Part shown: positions 59,867-64,000 of the stretch, piece after piece | Numbering within the stretch: the stretch's first letter is position 1 | Layout: every line of letters starts with the position of its first letter | From: Nemertoderma westbladi | Lineage: Eukaryota > Animalia > Xenacoelomorpha | Reading direction: 5' to 3' | Length of the DNA stretch: 64,000 nt | NCBI GenBank assembly: GCA_032718475.1 | Contig: JAUCBJ010008715.1 | Span: forward strand, 16,025-80,024 | Position numbers and translations under genes: made by a program | The notes under the pieces: model-generated | Seen by the model: only the letters and a program-made list of their open reading frames with translations | Database searches by the model: none | Told to the model about the DNA's origin: nothing

Positions 59867-61729
59867 TATAGAATTATATTCTCTAAATGCCGTGGATTTT
59901 CAAAATTTTATTTTATTCGAATTAACTTTGTAAAAGATTGCTTTGAGTCCTCATTTGTATTTGTTATATCTATTGTACGCCTATTGGTCAAGTGGTTCAG
60001 TAGCTCAGTCGGTAGAGCGTTGGAAATTATATGTGTAGTAGGTATTGAGTTCGAATCCTAGTAAGTGCGAATTATTTTTTGTACAGAATTTCAACTCATT
60101 TAAATTGACCGCTACGAATTAATTGCATTTGTCTGTACCAATGAGACTGTAGTTATTTGATTGTAACCAATGTCGTGCAAGTTATATATTAGCTGGACCA
60201 ATAGCTATCTTTAAAAACCTGTTAGAACCTATAGAACAATCGAGAATTTTCTCGATTGATTGCAGCACAAATTTGCTATATAAAGGTGCGATTTGTTCAT
60301 TAGTTATCTCAGTGCAATACCGTTTATTTCAGATTACATTGTACATATTATTATAATCTTCTGTAATAAAGTCAGAATTATCGCTAATCTGCCTTTTCTA
60401 TCTGTTTTACCATGATTCACTACGGTGAACAAACCTAAGGGACAGGATGGCCGGCTAGAGATCGGGCCGCAGCAATGAACGGGAACATCGGGGGAATGTA
60501 GACAAGAGACAACCCGCAATACCATCTTGAGTTATTCGCCCATCGCCTGAAAGGTTAGACAGCGTTCGACGCCTTGCTACCTAAGTGTAAGACCAAAAGA
60601 TCAAAGGTAGAAGTAGTGGCACGCTGTGAGCCTAAAATTACATCTTAGGGACTGTACTGTCTTGATTCAGGAAAACCCACAGTAGACCTTCATATTCCTA
60701 CGGGGAGAGGAGAGAGAGAGCAGGCAGATACTAGTACGCAGATAGGACGTAGGCACACCGGTACGAAGCATACAAATTGGTAGGGTGCAGCAAACTGTAC
60801 GCCTAACTCTTGCTAAGTGCAGGTGCGTTTGCGACTATTTGCAGTACAACGGTGTCCATTGCATTAGAACTTGTAGGCTGGGAGGGTTGCTGTGTTTTCA
60901 CCTGAATTGGGATTGTGCCGTTCAGGCGGTAGGGCAGTTTACAGCTAGGCGCAAATAAATTGAGGCTATTAGGGATACTAACATCTACCGTGTCCCCGCC
61001 AACGCCCTAATAGGAAGTTACCCAGCCTACCTAGGTGACTAAAATTCTAGATAGGACGCCAGGATAGCTATTAGTAACTGTACGCCTACAGTAGTAAACT
61101 AACACATCTCTTCTTAGTATCAGGGACCTGGTACCTAAAATTGCCGAATTCTGGGCGTAGCATTAACCTTATGCCTGAATTTGAGTCCTGGAAATACGCA
61201 AGAGGGGAAGGAACCTTATCATTCGTGAGTATTGGACCTACAAGTTACAAAATTAGAATATTCGTAAAATGCACACCGTACCCAGTAATTATATATGTGA
61301 AGGAGCAAAACTGTTTTGACCGTTCAGAATTAACACGCGCGTTAGAAATTATTTACACCTCAAAATATATAAAATTAACTTTTGTCCTTACTGTGTTTTG
61401 CCCGCTAGTTAGACATCTCCGAATCTCTGCCTCTGTACCTAGCTAGCGTCCCTTCGCCCAACCATATAAATCACACCGCGGCAAAGTATACGAGCCCCTT
61501 AGTCCGTCAGTGAGTCAGCCTGATTTTAGGATTCGCTGCGCGGGATTTTGTTTTATCGAAGTTTGTCTGCTCGTAGACTGTTTTCTGCCTCACCGGTTAT
61601 AAGAGATCGATACTGCAATATATTCGCTTACTTAGAGTTTACTGTTTTGGTGAGAAGGTCGGATTTATGATTTGATTCACAAACTTTACAGTAGGATATT
61701 GCAGGTATTGTTACCGTCTCTTCCATTTA
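59867..61729 (+). repeat. 3' LTR (1863 bp)
   Basis: Direct repeat of the 5' LTR; preceded by short purine-rich ggagcgg. Confidence 0.95.
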
Positions 61730-62269
61730 GTGGTGCTTCACCAAAATTACAAATTTTGTGTGATAATTACAAACGTTGCCATAACTCGAGAAAGTTGCCA
61801 CTTATCGGAAAACTGATATCAGATTCGGATTCATCATAAAAGTTTACATCGGAAAACACATAAAAAATAATGTGATGAAAAAGACTGGGGGTGAACCCCC
61901 CCCCCCCCCCCCCCTTAAGTTGATTAATTTAATCGCATTAACTATAAATTATCAACAGAAGGAAGTTACTACTGAATAGTGTTGCAACGGGATCGGGATC
62001 CGCAATTTTCGGGATTCTGGGATCTCTTTTTAATTTTATTCAGGCCATACTCATCCAAAACTTAAAATAGCTATCTACCCTGCCCTCTTTATAGGAGTAG
62101 AACAAAATGCCTATATAAAAATAGCCGCTGACTTTCTACTTTTTTCAAATAGTTCACAGACGTAGTTTATTTCCCACGTACGTATTTATTATAATTTCTA
62201 CACCATTTTTAAAATATCTACAGCAGTCTGACTGAATCGCTGCCACATCTCTATAATATTATAATCGGC

Positions 62270-62685
62270 CTGCTGCATTGAAACTGCGCATTGAGATGCT
62301 ATGCTGGTTTAACAAAAACATTTTGCCACCACCATGCAATCCATAATTGGCATGTCCAATGCGCAGCGTGCATTAAAAATGCTATGCCGGCTTATCAACA
62401 AAGTTGCAACGCCACAACTCCCTATCCCCCACGACTTTCGCGATATTATCCGCATCTTCAAGGCCAGTTAAGATGCGTCTCACGAAAGTCACCACGCTTA
62501 TTTTTCTTCAAGGAGGCGAAAGCACAAGATTGGGCGCAGGCTGGTCCTCACCACGAAAGCAATGTCCTGCAAAGCGGAGGCGACTTTGTTCTAGTGTCAA
62601 GCTTGGGGGAACCAATGAGACACCTCCAATGTTATATAGTGTCTGGTTGGAGATGTGTTCATTGTACTTGACACAGTGAAACCAG
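62270..62685 (-). mobile_element. Degenerate 3' fragment of the RTE-like LINE seen at 1-568
   Basis: HCVKYNEHISNQTLYNIGGVSLVPPSLTLEQSRLRFAGHCFR is near-identical to ORF 71-568. Confidence 0.85.
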
Positions 62686-64000
62686 CTGCTACATAAAAAT
62701 GTTATAATATTCAATAAAAAGCAACAAGTGTTTCTATTACTTATAATAAAGACATGAATATATATCTCTGTAGCGCTGTAGGTAGTTGTAAAAGCAAAAC
62801 AGTTACCTATGATTTTACTTTATTATTCATTATTTTTGATTTGACCAAAAATTTTTAATTGTGTTATTGGGAAAAAATTGTACATTTTTATACAATGTTA
62901 AAATTTTAAGCTGTAGGGCAGATATAGCAAATCCCGAAAAATCCCGATATTTTTTCATCGGGATCGGCAGCCGGTTCCACCAACTCTCACTAACGGCTTA
63001 GTGTTAGTGCTAACTGCTTAGTGCCACTAACCTGAGCCACCCTTATCACTTAGCCTGTTCCACCAAGCTCACTAACTATAAGTGCCACTAACACGTTAGT
63101 GTGATTTGCTTAGGGACCTCTAGATATCCCTAAAAGCTACACTAACTGCTGAATTTACTTTTGTTGGTCGGATATTATTACTTGCGATTGATTACAAATA
63201 TATTTCATATTTGTTTTGATTGAACCCTATCATACTGTATGTACTGTATGTACACCACTTTACATACATTATTTCCACTTTACATGTATACATTTTACTT
63301 TATACACTTTACTATACTATACTATACACTTTTTATTTTCGAAGGTGTCAATTTTACTTAAATGAAAATTTGTTATTATTTATTATTAAATATTTATTTA
63401 CAATTTACTTACTATTTATTTTATAAATTATATTACTCGTTAGTCGTAACTGTTATTTCGCCCCCATATTGACACAAAAAAATAACAAAGGAAATCCATT
63501 TATATATGATTAGGTATAATTATTCTCAAAACTATCTTGCATCGCCCAACAATTATCCTGAGTCTCATTCTGCAACTAATCCCGATTGAGGAAGAGAATA
63601 TCTCTCTTAATTTCCATACATTCCCACATATGTTTCCCATCCTTGCGGCCCACACAAATGACGCTGAGCTCATCCTGTTGTTGATGTTATAAGAAATAAC
63701 ATTGTTGAAAATAAGTTTTTACTCAAGATAATGTAATTTGACACGAGTTTAAATTACAAAATTAATTACAATAATAGAAATTTGACTGAGTATTTTCAAT
63801 AAATTTAAAATAACATGGTTCAATAATTGTAAGACAACATAAAGTAAATTAATGGCTACCGATAAAATTAACCTTCGGCATGTCTTAAAAATATACTTCG
63901 TATTGATAATCTTAGAAATAATAAAAATCACGGCAAATGATTCCATCAACTAAATAGAAAAATAAGTGCCGACAGTAATAATTAACAAACCCAAATGAAT

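Larger units (their letters stand above)
42320..61729 (+). mobile_element. BEL/Pao LTR retrotransposon, 19.4 kb, full length, defective
   Basis: Two near-identical LTRs, 5-bp TSD GTGGT (42315-42319, 61730-61734), gag-PR-RT-RH-IN order with BEL motifs. Confidence 0.95.
41970..61914. mobile_element. Kolobok-like non-autonomous DNA element (~0.53 kb) split by the BEL insertion
   Basis: TTAA|GGGGG...ggttc at 41966-41990 and gaacc..CCCC|TTAA at 61893-61918; halves 41970-42319 and 61730-61914 rejoin at TSD GTGGT. Confidence 0.55.

Overview
Eukaryotic (invertebrate-like) genomic DNA with spliceosomal introns and many repeats. Host genes: the 3' part of DEAD-box helicase DDX52/ROK1 (+, five exons 2103-14761, one GC-AG intron), an intronless RPS17 CDS nested antisense in a DDX52 intron, a 5-exon theta-class GST (-), calcyphosin-like CAPSL (+) and an orphan repeat-rich exon (-). 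Mobile DNA dominates the rest: RTE-like, CR1-like and CRE-like non-LTR fragments, MITEs and satellites, a 7-kb IS3EU-type DNA transposon carrying a HECT E3-ligase gene, and a 19.4-kb BEL/Pao LTR retrotransposon (42320-61729, TSD GTGGT). The BEL element is the most unusual object. Its LTRs end TA...TA. It has no tRNA-type PBS; the bases right after the 5' LTR are instead the reverse complement of a sequence inside its own LTR (candidate self-priming). It also carries an extra ORF with a DEDDy-like 3'-5' exonuclease plus zinc knuckles, and 12 dispersed same-strand copies of a 20-nt hairpin. All calls are from manual reading; no searches were run.
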